Source of the DNA: Podarcis bocagei
Taxonomy: Eukaryota
Strand: one strand, 5' to 3'
DNA length: 64,000 nucleotides
Assembly: GCA_964188305.1 (NCBI GenBank)
Contig: OZ076889.1
This document shows positions 11,321 to 23,900 of this stretch, piece after piece. The stretch's first letter is position 1. The number at the start of each line of letters is the position of its first letter. The position numbers and the translations under genes are program-made. Below the pieces are notes generated by a model. The model saw only the letters and a list, made by a program, of their open reading frames with translations. It was not told the origin of the DNA and did not search any database.

Positions 11321-12454
11321 AAAAATATTTTTTCTTTATTTCTAAAGCCATAAGACCTGAAAAAGTAATTGCTTCTTTTGTGCCCTTACCCTTCTCCATT
11401 GTTCCTCACATAGTCAAAATATGTGGTGGGATGCTCATCTCAGTTTCAAGGTAGGAATGCATACATGACTTGGTGTTTCAGTTTTATTTCTGAGTTCAGG
11501 TTAAGCTATTTTAGTATAAATATTTAAACTACTGAAATTTTTCTTTAAAAGATAAGCATAGCTAGGTACCAATGCAGAGGGTTCCAGTTTCTAAGGACCA
11601 CTTCACATTTTAGGCATGCAGTACTTTTGAAGGCAACAAATGCATGGTTGGTACTTTCTATTGAATGTACATGTGATGCTAAAACTAGGTTTGCTTTTGT
11701 GTAATCTGTGAACTGAATTTTCAATGTACTCCACTTACCTTAACACTATTCTAACAGTAGTGGCTTTTACAGATTTCATCCCTTTCAAATATGATTTGTA
11801 ATTGAACACAAGGTGGATTAAAGGTATTTTTGGCTAAAGGCAGTTACAACATTTTCCAGTATCATAAAATTTTGCAGTAGGCATATCTACTGAGAAGTTA
11901 GTCACTGCTTTAGAGTTTTTTCTCTGTATTAAGTGGTTTACAAATGTTCGTCAATCAACTGAATTGAATTGGGGCTTACTCTCAGATAAGGGGTTAGGAT
12001 TGCAGCCTTGATGCTGAACTAGCAGTTTGCAAAAAACAGGCATCACTGAAGCGGTAGTAGTGTTATGTAATGAATACATCATGTGAACACCCAGTCTACT
12101 TTATACAAGTCCTTCCATCCTGTGCATCCTTTGCTGAAGCCAGCTTAGCCTTGCAACAGGAATGAAAGAGACGAGCTACTTATCACCTCATGTCTGCTTG
12201 AAAGCCAAAAGTCCCTGCTTCACTTTCAGTGACCCAAAACAGTATTTGAAACTGGAAATTAGCGCTTTAGAAATAGGTTGGCTTTTGTGGACCCACATAT
12301 CCCCAAGGTCATCCCAGCATTTTGAGGCACAAGCCCAATGTAACCATAGCCACGTGACACAAAAGTTTAAAAATGAAAGCATTTTGTACTTACCTTTCTC
12401 TAGGATCTTTTTTCACACAAAGATGAATTTTAAAAGCTGGCACACCAAGAAATA

Positions 12455-12908
12455 AAGTGTAAACATTCAAATATTTAATGGTACCATTAAAATAAACACT
12501 GCATTAAAAATGGTTTAAATGCATTTGCAAATGCTCCTAATATAAAATAAATATATGAACTAAAACAAAAACAAATTTAACATTAAAGAATGCTATAAAT
12601 AATGGTTGATGCATTTGGAGTACCTCTGAATATTAAAAAATGTCTTAAAAAACAGTTGTGTTTACAGTCTCACCAGTAGTTTGTATACTGCTGCCATGGG
12701 TTAAAAAAGGTTTGAAGTCTATATAATAATTCAGAAGGAAAATTTGGCCACTTAACACTTCCATGTAAATTGGTAAAATGTGTGCATGGTGTCCTGAACA
12801 AAGTCCAAAGTTTTATTTCCAAATAATACTTATAAAAAAATCCCGGTGTTGATGACACTGCACTCGCTTGTTCAGTACCTTAAAATTCTTAAGTGTATTT
12901 TAAGGTGC
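12455..12908 (-). other. DOCK7: DOCK7 3' UTR (approximate); PAS candidates AATAAA 12817-12812 and ATTAAA 12479-12474
   Basis: AT-rich region after the TGA; ATTAAA is followed on the - strand by GU/U-rich sequence. Confidence 0.55.
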
Positions 12909-12951
12909 TCAGATGTCCATTTTGCGAAGGCTCATTCTGCTGAAGGAATCT
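12909..12951 (-). CDS. DOCK7: DOCK7 last coding exon ((R)DSFSRMSLRKMDI*)
   Basis: ccccag|A GAT TCC; TGA at 12911-12909; matches the DOCK7 C-terminus. Confidence 0.95.
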
Positions 12952-13283
12952 CTGGGGAGGAAAAAACAATGAGATAAGCTACTTCCCAAGCTGAACACCA
13001 GAATCTGGTGGTGAGTAATATTCTGCTACACAAAGTGTTTGCATGTGCAGCTATAAAATTAACTAGTTCTCCTATCTCAGGGGTGACTAGAAGCCTAAGG
13101 CTCTGGTCTTCTTAAGTGTGAGAAAGAGGGCTTGGGGCCACAGATATAGGGGTGTTAGTAAAGTAATTGTAAGGATTTTATATCACTACAGATAGGAACT
13201 TTCAGTTTGCCTTCCCATGTACTTTTCCTATCCAGGAGACCTTTTAAAGAAACATTAACAAGAGATGTTAACATAAGAATTAC

Positions 13284-13451
13284 CTGTGGCAAGCAGCAGG
13301 AAGAACCGTCTTGTATAATTGGGGAATTTTTCTATTGATCAGAGGCTGAAGTGCTTCCTTGAGACGGTGGTAATTTCTTTCAAGCTCCCGCTGATACTCT
13401 TTTTGATCTGGACCAATCAGGCTCTTGTTCTTGCGCAGTGCATCTTCACAC
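13284..13451 (-). CDS. DOCK7: DOCK7 exon ([10 protein letters not shown]...PAACHR)
   Basis: 168 nt, GT-AG, phase 2-2. Confidence 0.95.
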
Positions 13452-14082
13452 CTAGAAAACAAAAAAATCAGACAATAGGAAAGTGACCATAGTCTACCCT
13501 CTTGGAGCCAGCCAGCAGCATTGTATCTGTCTCCTTTGCGTACACTCCTTGGGTCACAACACTAATTGCACTTATTTGGAAACATCCGAAACTTCCAACG
13601 CAGAGTGACTGCAATGCCAAAATTGGCTTTCACACAATAAAACATCAGTCTTTCTGTTCCTTGGAGTAGATGTCTCCAAGTCATCCTAGAAATCTGATTT
13701 CTCTAAAGCTGTCTAACAGTGTTTAAAAAGAAATGAAGCTACTGCTTCTATACCAAAGCAGCTGGCTATACATGGTTCTCCAACATGTATATAAATGGTA
13801 AATACAAAGCACTGTGAGGTTTTCTGTGTTTCCTTGTTTAACAGCAGGAAAGTGCTCACCGTACATGTCCAGAATGCCCCTTGCTTAGAAAAGAAAAAAG
13901 GGGACTGCTCCTGAAAGTGCGTCAGCATTCATGGATCAAGGCCAAGACGTGCTGGAAGAACATCAGTGCCACCTAATAATGCCAAATCTGTTGTACGCCT
14001 TAGTTGTGCTTTTTTGAGGAATGTAGGATAAAGTTTCAAGGAATTTTCTAAATTATGCAGAAATGAATTAAGAAGCAATATA

Positions 14083-14308
14083 CAGTATCTCAGAAGTCAG
14101 ACGCCTTGCAACTCGAACGTTTTGGCTCCTGAACGCCGCAAACCCGGAAGTGAACGTTCTGGTTTGCGAACAATCTTTTGGAACTTGAACGTCCGACACA
14201 GCTTCCGATTGGCTACAGGAGATTCCTGCAGCCAATCAAAAGCCATGCCTTGGTTTCCGAATGTTTTGGAAGTCGAACGGATTCTGTTCGACTTCCGATG
14301 TACGACTG
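14083..14308. mobile_element. Tc1/mariner-type MITE (degraded)
   Basis: TA|cagt...gtacgactg|TA; internal sequence similar to the 20717-20954 copy. Confidence 0.7.
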
Positions 14309-14409
14309 TACGTCGGTGCTGCATGGTGAGAAGGGACTAAAGTAAGTAATCAGACCCGCCACAAGACAATTGATCAACATATCTATCATGATATTTTTTA
14401 GGACAATTA

Positions 14410-14610
<201 letters not shown>

Positions 14611-15379
14611 TCACATACATGGAAGACTCCATAGAAATTCTTTAGGCTGTCTCCCCACTAGGAGCACACTCCACAACCTCCCTTCTCTTCCTCTCTACGT
14701 GGACATTTATGCAACTGTCAAGGAGAAGGCAGAGCTGCACAAGGATTGCTTTCAAATGTTGCCTATAGCAGCTCTAAGGATGCATACAAACAGATCTCAA
14801 ATTAGGACCCACCACACTCATTAAATATGTGTGGCTCCCTCCACACAATGCAGTTGACAGTACTTAGCAAAGATTCAAATACTGATTCGGTCTGACGCCT
14901 ACCCCTACTTGTTGGTGGGCACTGACCTCTAGTTTTTAGGTATCACATAGACATGTTTACCTAGGAATAAGTCCCATTGAACTCAACAGGGCTTTCTTCG
15001 GAGCAAACATGTATTATGTACTGCTATTCAGTGAAATGTCTGCCTTTAAAAAAAAAAGTGAATCTTTTTTTAGAGATGTTCTGTGCACCTCTTGCTTCTG
15101 CTGTTAACTCACAGAACCACTTTGCTTCAGAGAGTAAAACTTGGCGAATGTGCTTCTACACACTCAAATTACTTGCATTTTTACACACTCTGTTAGCCAC
15201 TACTTCAATAATACTGTCCTCTTAGTTCTTCAATACAAAACAAGTTATTTATATACACTATTATTACTGTTTATATGCAATATATGTTCAGAAACCATTT
15301 TTGACAATGTTTTTTAAAATAAGCAAGTCTTAATGGTTGTACTCATGGACCTTTGTGATCAAGACACTGACAGGACCTA

Positions 15380-15541
<162 letters not shown>

Positions 15542-15641
15542 CTAAGGAAACGAACACAGGAAAATTTAAGAAGAACATCAGGGATTTCCCTTTTCATTGT
15601 GATTATGAGAAAATTTAATTTAGACTCCTAAATAAAGGGAG

Positions 15642-15790
15642 AATCAGAATTGTAGAGTTGGAAGGGACCCTGAGGATCATCGAGTCCAACCCCCTGCAAT
15701 GCAGGGATAAGCAACTGTCCCATATCATGCAGGGAATCAAACCTGCAACCTTGGTGTTATCAGCACCACACTGTAACCAGCTGAGCTATA
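15642..15790 (-). mobile_element. tRNA-derived SINE with CR1-like tail (POM/Squam-2-like)
   Basis: - strand: tagctcagctggttacagtgtggtgctgataacaccaaggttgcaggtttgattccc head, then ggggttggactcgatgatcctcagggtcccttccaactctacaattctgattct tail. Confidence 0.75.
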
Positions 15791-16075
15791 CAGGTGTGTT
15801 GATTTTTCTTTTTCCCAGTTGCTAGATGCAAAGTACTACCAAAAAAATTAGAGCAGTTTCCCAGCAATAGTAATCATCAGTATCAAAACCTGACACCTGA
15901 AATAAAAGCTCCTCCTGTCAGGCTTTTGCTGTAAAAGCGGCTTTGTAAATGCATCTAAAACATATGCCAATCAATAATCAGCAAGCTGAAACTTTACTGA
16001 GCACATTATTTTTTATGTTAATCATTCCCCCTCTATTTCTGGCATTTCTCCCTCTTAAATTTACAGTTACCATCA

Positions 16076-16345
<270 letters not shown>

Positions 16346-16842
16346 CTAGTAGGAATACACTGCAGAATAGTCACCAGCCAACTAGCAACCGCGCATGGCC
16401 CTCATTCACTCGTGACGCTGCTCCTGCTGCAGAATTTTTATGTTTGCGAGTGAGCAGCAAGGGGCATTAACCAAGAGAGAGAACGAGGCCCACACCAGTG
16501 GAAAGCACAACTTGCCGCCATTTTGTCCTCCACACTCTGAACTTATATCTCAGAGCCTGTTGGCAAAGATACAAAAGTCTGTGAAAGCAGACAACTCTTG
16601 CCTCAGTCTCTCTGGTGAAAATTGTCTAAAAACTGATACCTGATACCTGTATCTAGACTGAGAGAGGCGTGTGGATAAGGTCAGGGAGATCCTGAGATAA
16701 ATGGCCCTGGTGCAGCATCATTTTAGCCACTCAATTTATTTTCTGGAACCATAGTGTGTAGCTATGCACAAGCCAGGAACAAGGGCACTACTCACACTAG
16801 ATACAGGAATGTCCAACTTGATACTTATTTTTAGCTTCTTAC

Positions 16843-16932
16843 CTTGTTGGCATCTAATTTACATTTGTCGACAGGGTTAGAGTCCTTAATCACTTCGACA
16901 ACATCTTCACCAAACCTTTCTCCATAAAAACC
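16843..16932 (-). CDS. DOCK7: DOCK7 exon ([30 protein letters not shown])
   Basis: 90 nt, GT-AG, phase 0-0. Confidence 0.95.
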
Positions 16933-17929
16933 CTGAAAATGATCAACAAGATATTGTAAAGTGCAATCTGGAGCAAAGTTTTAAAGGAAGGGTTGGCACA
17001 TAATGTTAGCAGAATCACATGAAAAACAGGACTATGGCTGTGGTGTGGGCTATGCCTGCATAACTTTGGGGAACAATTTTTTTTTGGGGGGGGCAGGAAA
17101 AATAATAACGTGGGGGGGGAGTCTGCCTCAAAGTATTTTGTCAATGTGGACAAATCCCATCATTTTATCATACACTGGACAGTGTGTGCAGCAAAACAAG
17201 TTTAAAAGACCACACATTACACACTAACGCACACACTAAGCCAAGATATGAGTGAGCTTTGTTCCCCGAGTGCAACTGTTTTGTTCTTTCATTCATGAGT
17301 GTAACGATTTAGTCTTAATTAACAGTAGTTAATAAACTATATATGTAACTCTCAGTTCAAGCTGAGAAACTATAGTTAATGATTCCTAAACATGTCACGG
17401 TCCTAAGCCAATGTTAAACCAAGGATTTGTATTCTGGCTTGTTTGGAAGCTCGAAACCATCAGTTCCCAGTTGGAATGTAAGGGGAAACTATAGCTAACT
17501 GAAACTTCCTGACTTGCACGAAGCAAAAGGTGAAGCCGCCGTCTGTGGGTGCATGAGGCTCATTCACATCTCAGCTTATTAAGCCAAGGTATGGTTGTCT
17601 GAATGCAGCCCCATGGCTCAGAACTGGGCTTATCTTGGTACAAGATAAACCTGAGCCTACATTTACCTTGTGGAGGTTTAAAAAGTAAAGTAAACAGGGC
17701 TCCTATCTTTGATTGCTCTTTGTGAACGATTGGAAATTACTTGGCCTGAAGGGTCCTTTTCACTCATGCACTGAGCCACAATCCTATTCATGGCTGTCTT
17801 GCATATGTGAATGCTACAGCTTATGTGGACAGGACCAAAGGTCAGGTGAACACAGGTTTTTGTTTGTTTGTTTTGTTTTGTTTTTTTGCAGGGGGAGGGA
17901 ATAAAGTAATCCCTGAACTTGACTCTTTT

Positions 17930-18325
17930 TATAATTACAATTACAATTATTTATTACTTATACCCCACCCATCCAACTGGGTTGCCCCAGCCACTTTGGC
18001 CAGCTCTCCAATACATTAAGACATCAAACATAAAAAGCTTCCTGATAAAGGGCTGCCTTCATAAAGTTGTGTAATTATTTACTTATTTGACATCTGACGG
18101 GAAGGCATTCCACAGGGAAAGGGCCACTACCAAGAAGGCCCTCTGCATGGTTCCCTGTAACCTCAATTCTCATGATGAGGGAACCGCCAGAAGGCCCTCG
18201 GAACTGGACTTCAGGGTCTGGCCTGAACAGTGGGGGTGGAGATGCTCCTTCGGGTATACAGGGCCGAGGGCTTTAAAGGTCAGCACCAACACTTTGAATT
18301 GCATTTGGAAACATACTGGGAGCTC
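17930..18325 (-). mobile_element. L2 LINE 3' fragment
   Basis: Degenerate ORF2 C-terminus LPVCFQMQFKVLVLTFKALGPVYPKEHL; 3' end gggtggggtataag followed by a (taa)n-like tail. Confidence 0.75.
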
Positions 18326-18360
18326 CCTGAAAGCGCATGTAACTACAGGATTGTATTTTA

Positions 18361-18516
<156 letters not shown>

Positions 18517-20716
18517 CTAGGTGCAGAAAGACGAATAGCATTTCAATACAAACGCCCCGTCACATCTTTTCATTGCTTTTAACACTCCCTTTGAACACAA
18601 TGCCATGCAGGAACAAACAAACCAACAAGTCGGACTAAAGAGAATTGTAAACCAGTTACAGCAAAAAAAGGGGGGGCACACTAAAATTTAAACCACACAC
18701 TTACGAGATTTATGGGAAAGCTAGCCTCAATCATGCAATGGGATAAAAATCAGTAGCTCGGCATAAGAACGGGACCACTTTAGCTAGCCTAATAGGTTTA
18801 GAAAGCAATGCTGGCAATAGTCAAGAAAGCAACCTTACAGAAAGGAACACTGTCGTGGCTATTTGCTTTCTTGACACTGGTGGAGCAGCACAGATTTACC
18901 ACTGGTTAGGTTGGTGTCACTCTGAGTTTGGACCAAGCCAAATTTCCAACACCTAGCGGGTTTGGATCACTCAAGAATCATTAGGGATTCTTGCTGGACT
19001 TCACAGTTTACTTGCATGCTTCCGTTCTCTGGGACTGTGGCCTAAAATATGGCATGGACTATGTCATCATCAGAGCAGAATGCTGAAATAATAAATGTGG
19101 GGAATAATTGGTGTTATCTAATTTGCTCTTTGCAGCTCATCATTTAAGAAAATGGGAATAAAATGGGTTTAAGGGGTGGAGACGGTGCCTTGGATAGAAT
19201 AACTTTCCCCCGCATTTGGTGTGTGGACTGTGAGAGACTGCACAGTGGTATAGCATTATATTGCATGCCCTCTCGTGGTTTCTTCTATATGTGATGGCAT
19301 CAGTGTGATTAGTGCTATGGAAACTAGACTACCGTATGTTTCATTCTGTTCTCTAATAGAGATGAAAGCAGGATCAGGTGGCAACCACTAAACTTTCCTG
19401 TAGCCACAGTCCATGAGAACATATTTCGCATGCTGCTGTAAAATGTTAGTGCCACTGGGATCTCTTGTTTTTCCAATGGTACAATTTGCAGAACAAACAC
19501 TGGAAGGGAGACCTGGTATTGCATCTCCATGCAATTGTATGGATCACTCTGACAATTCACAAATTTTTGAATGCCAATCCATCCTTTCTCCTAGGGAAGC
19601 CTCCCAGGTTCCTCTCCCACTTTTCTTTTGGAAGTCTTTGAGATGCAGAGTCGTGTGTCAACTCTCCACCTATTCACACCCCCTCTATAGTAGGGAAAGT
19701 GACTTCGCAGCGATTCAAAACAGACAAGTTGTTTTGAGCACATAATTTCTGGGGTGAACCATAGTGCTAAACTGCATTCTTCTGGCATATACAGATGCTC
19801 CTGTATTAAGATTCCAAGCAGCTGCTTCCATTTGGCTCAGTGGTAAACTGAGCCGTCTTAACACACCCAACACTTGTGGCAATAAAACTGGGAGGTGGTG
19901 CACACTTATGTGGAAGGCAAAAATGTAAACTGAAAGATAAGAGAGCAGCAAATTGTTTGAAATGGAAGCCACCAAATCTGCAGTTTCTTTCCACCAAGTC
20001 ACAACTGAAAGAATTCACACTGCATGCACATAGTCACAAATATAAGCTGAGAAAAGTACTCCAAATGTTCACCTTTACTCTCATGGCACAGTTATGCTGC
20101 AGCACTCAGAATTATATATAAAAAAGGAGCAATGTGATGCACTAGCTGTTGAACTTTGCATCCCACCCTATCCTTGGTGTCTCTGGGCCAGTAACACGTT
20201 TCAAAAGATGCTTAACAGGAAAAAAGAAGAGGATTAAAATAGATAAACAAAGCCTCCCTCACTAGCTTCCAATTCTAGCTTGAACAGAAAGGATGGACAG
20301 CGATTCGGGATAATGCTCTGGGCCTGGGCCCGGGGGAAACATCATCCAGGGAGACCGTGCAAGAAGAAATTGTCCACCTATGTTAACGGTCAGGATGGGC
20401 ACACAAAAGAGAAACAAAAGCTCTAAGAACATACAAGGATAAAACTCTTTAGGGTCTCGTAAGTCATAATCTGCGTCTCTAATTGTTACTGAAATATCAA
20501 AATGTTGGTGTAGGTCTGGGAGCAACAGCAACCCATTCCTATCAAGTGGTAGTAATCCTCATCTTCATCATTCCCAGGTGACGATGAATCCCCAGGTCTC
20601 AGGTAGCGTGCATTATTACTACAGTCAAACTTGGAGAGCACAAAGACATTTCTGGTGGTTGTTATTTTGTAACCTGAGAAAAAAAGTGCACATTCTCTAA
20701 ATGGAGTTATCAAGTA

Positions 20717-20954
20717 CAGTGGAAGCTTGGTTCCCGAACGGTTTAGTTGCCGAACAAATTGGCCTCCAAACGCTGCAAACCCAGAAGTGTTCCGGTTTGC
20801 GAACGTTTTTCGGAAGTCGAACATCTGACGCGGCTTCTGCTTGAGTGCAGGAAGTTCCTGCAGCCAACTGGAACCTGCACCTTGGTTTTCGAATGGTTTC
20901 AGGAGTCAAACAGGCTCCCGGAACAGATTAAGTTCAAGAACCAAGGTACCACCG
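20717..20954. mobile_element. Tc1/mariner-type MITE
   Basis: TA|cagtggaagcttggttc...gaaccaaggtaccaccg|TA. Confidence 0.8.
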
Positions 20955-23900
20955 TACTCTTTGGGTCCACCAGTCCAGCAAAAGTCTGCAGACTTTATGT
21001 ATTGCATTTATATGCCACTTTTCCCTCCAAGGAGCTCTAGGCTAAAAGGCAGAGAATGGCCCAGAGTCACCCAGTGAGCTTCATGGCCAAGTGGGGATTT
21101 AAACCTGGTCTTCCAGGTCCTAGTCTGATATTTCTGACCCTCCCAGATCATAGAGCCTACCAATCAACTCAGTCTTTTCTGGATTCAGCTTCAAACACCT
21201 TCTCCACATCCCTCCCTATATCCTGGACCGACACTGCCAAACCAGAATTTTAGGACCCAGGTTGATTAGAGAGAGAAATAAATAATGCCATCAGGACACT
21301 CCGTTTTCATGATGTTGCCCCATACATCCAGCAGAATAGGATGACAGAGTAAAATGCTACTGGACCTTATAGAAAAGGTCCTGAGAAGATGAGGAGTCAC
21401 CACCCCTTACCATTCTCTGACTGCCTAGCCTGGACTACTGAAGAGCAGTCCTGCGAACACCTGCCTATGCTTGCAATAACGCCAACCTCTCATGTGACAT
21501 TGCTCTTCAATGACAGGTAATCTGCTGTGGCCATAAACAAAGATTCTGATAGTTAACTAGATTGGTCAATACCCAGGACAGAAACTGGAACAGGCCATGA
21601 ACAGCTAACGGACTACTTACACGACCCTAAGGAAAAAGTAGAAGTTGCAGAATGGGCAGGAAGTCAGTGTTGGGAAGACTACAGATTAATTTCCCCTGTC
21701 TTGGAATAGTAGCACAGACAACTTCAGTCTGTGTTAATCCCAACTGGCCTATATAAAAACAAGGTTGACTCAAGTAAGCTACCAGAGTTGACGTCCCTCA
21801 GCATATCCTCTATACCAGTGGATGGTATCAAGTTTTCCATGAAAATTGAGAAAGACCCTCAAACACATTTCAGCCACTCTGATGTCATCTCTAAGTTAAG
21901 TGCCTGGGTTGCATTTAAGCTTATATTCATAATTATATGTGTATCCTACAACTGTGGAACACTCTTCTCTCTCTCTGAACACTGGTACCTTATGTCTTTC
22001 ATCCACATAAATGCACTTACTGTTATTCTCAATGACAATCCAAAGCATTAGAAGTCACTCAGGGCCACTGTGTACATGATGTTTCTTGGACAGTGATACT
22101 GCTTCCATTTGCGGGGGAAAGGCATGTACACTGACCGCCATTGGCAGAAAACACACATACTTAGCTTGGCACATGCAGTGGGAATCACAGCTGCTTCTGA
22201 ACACACACAACATGTGGCAAAATAGACAATACGTGCATAATTCATTTATGAATTATGTGCATCATAAGAACCTTGTAGGAAAGTGTAAAGTATGCAATGT
22301 TCCGTAAAAGCGACAATGAACTTGATAAAAAGGACTGAAGGACAACAGGTAATTTTATGGCTGACAGTGCTTGTCCACACATGAGCAGGCACCTTCTAAA
22401 TCTCTGCAACTCTCTCTAGGCTTTTAGAACCCAACTTGCTCTCCTGGAGACTCCCCCTCCACATATGCCACAAACTTTAGGGTGCTCCTTGATTTATGTA
22501 ATAGGAAAGGTAAGCTGTTTGGCTTAGGCAGCATTGTCTGCTAATTGCGCTAACTTCCATTAATAATCTTGGCAACATCATGAGACACTTAAGGAAACTT
22601 ATGTAATGAATCAAAAGTACTATTACGACAGGAGTTTCAAATAAATAAGCATCATTCTAAGCTTTAACAATGGTCACCTAAGACAAATTAGGAGGTGGTG
22701 TTTATAACGAAGGTTCTTTCCATTTAGCTTCCATTAATTTGTGGGGAGGGGAATGGGGGGGTGTTGATGGATCAATGCCTAGGAAGATTTTGGGGAAATG
22801 TCAACCCAGAGCATGCTGGAATGTGTGCAACACAAGAACCAAAGCACGAAGTTCCATTAACAACAGGCAAAAGATGGGGACATCAATAACATCATATGTC
22901 ATCATGTTATTGTTCCAAGTGTGTTCTGAATACATGAAGGCTCTATAATTTTGCCCAAAGGTTTTCGCAGAAATCAAAACCCTTGCTTTCAAGCAAACAA
23001 AACAAATTAAAACTCCATGGTCTTTGTTTCTGAGAGGTGCTAAAATGCAGTTATGAGAAAGGAAGTTATTATAAAGCATTTAAATCTATTATTTTGAGAA
23101 AAAATAATAGCTCCTTGGTAGGCAAAGAGAATGAAGGTGAACACTGTAGAGTCATTACAGAACTGGCAGAGCAGGTATAACAGCCGTCATGACTTATGAA
23201 GGGTTCATAATATGTTGTTATGCATGGTAAATATCTGTTGGGTACAAAGTTTTAAGAGGCTCCTTCTGCACATGAACCAAAACCTTTGCCAACTGGATTT
23301 ACTTAGCCAAAACCAACAAAAACTGTCGCCGAATTTGGCCCTGCTGTTATCCACAGGGAAGTGCAAATAGGCCCAAGGCCATCTGATCAGAGTCAATAAT
23401 GCCACATATTTCATTGCAGTGAAATGGCTAACCTGGCATTTGAATTCGTAACATCAGAGTTGAAGAAGCCAAAAGGCCTACTTAAGTTCAACCCCCTTTC
23501 CATGAGGAAAAACCACTCCTCCACAAACATTTAACTTTAGGAGTTAGCTGGGAAGTTTTTTTCCATACAAACCTAATTGGGATTGATTTGTGTGGCGTTT
23601 CATAAACCCCTGAGCTGGCATAAGTCATTGGTAAAATGAAATTATTGGGGGATGCCATGGGAGTTTAAAAAAAAAATCACCAACAACTTAGTAGGAACTT
23701 ACCACAACAGACAATAGTAAAAGTGGGGAGGAGGATCAGCAACCAGGGCAATAGAGGAGAAAACAGAAAGTATTTTGATTAGGGAAAATCCAAAACTAAT
23801 AAGCAGCATTTGGCAGCAAATAAACAAAACAAAAAAAGTATTTTAAAAACTGGAACTGGGTAAATAACATGCAATGGGTATTAAAAGGCCACACAGAAGG

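Noticed and set aside
15730-15790. tRNA-Ile-like gene, and a similar tRNA-like head at 46572-46635
   Set aside because: Stems are degenerate and each is joined directly to a LINE-derived tail, so they are SINE heads.
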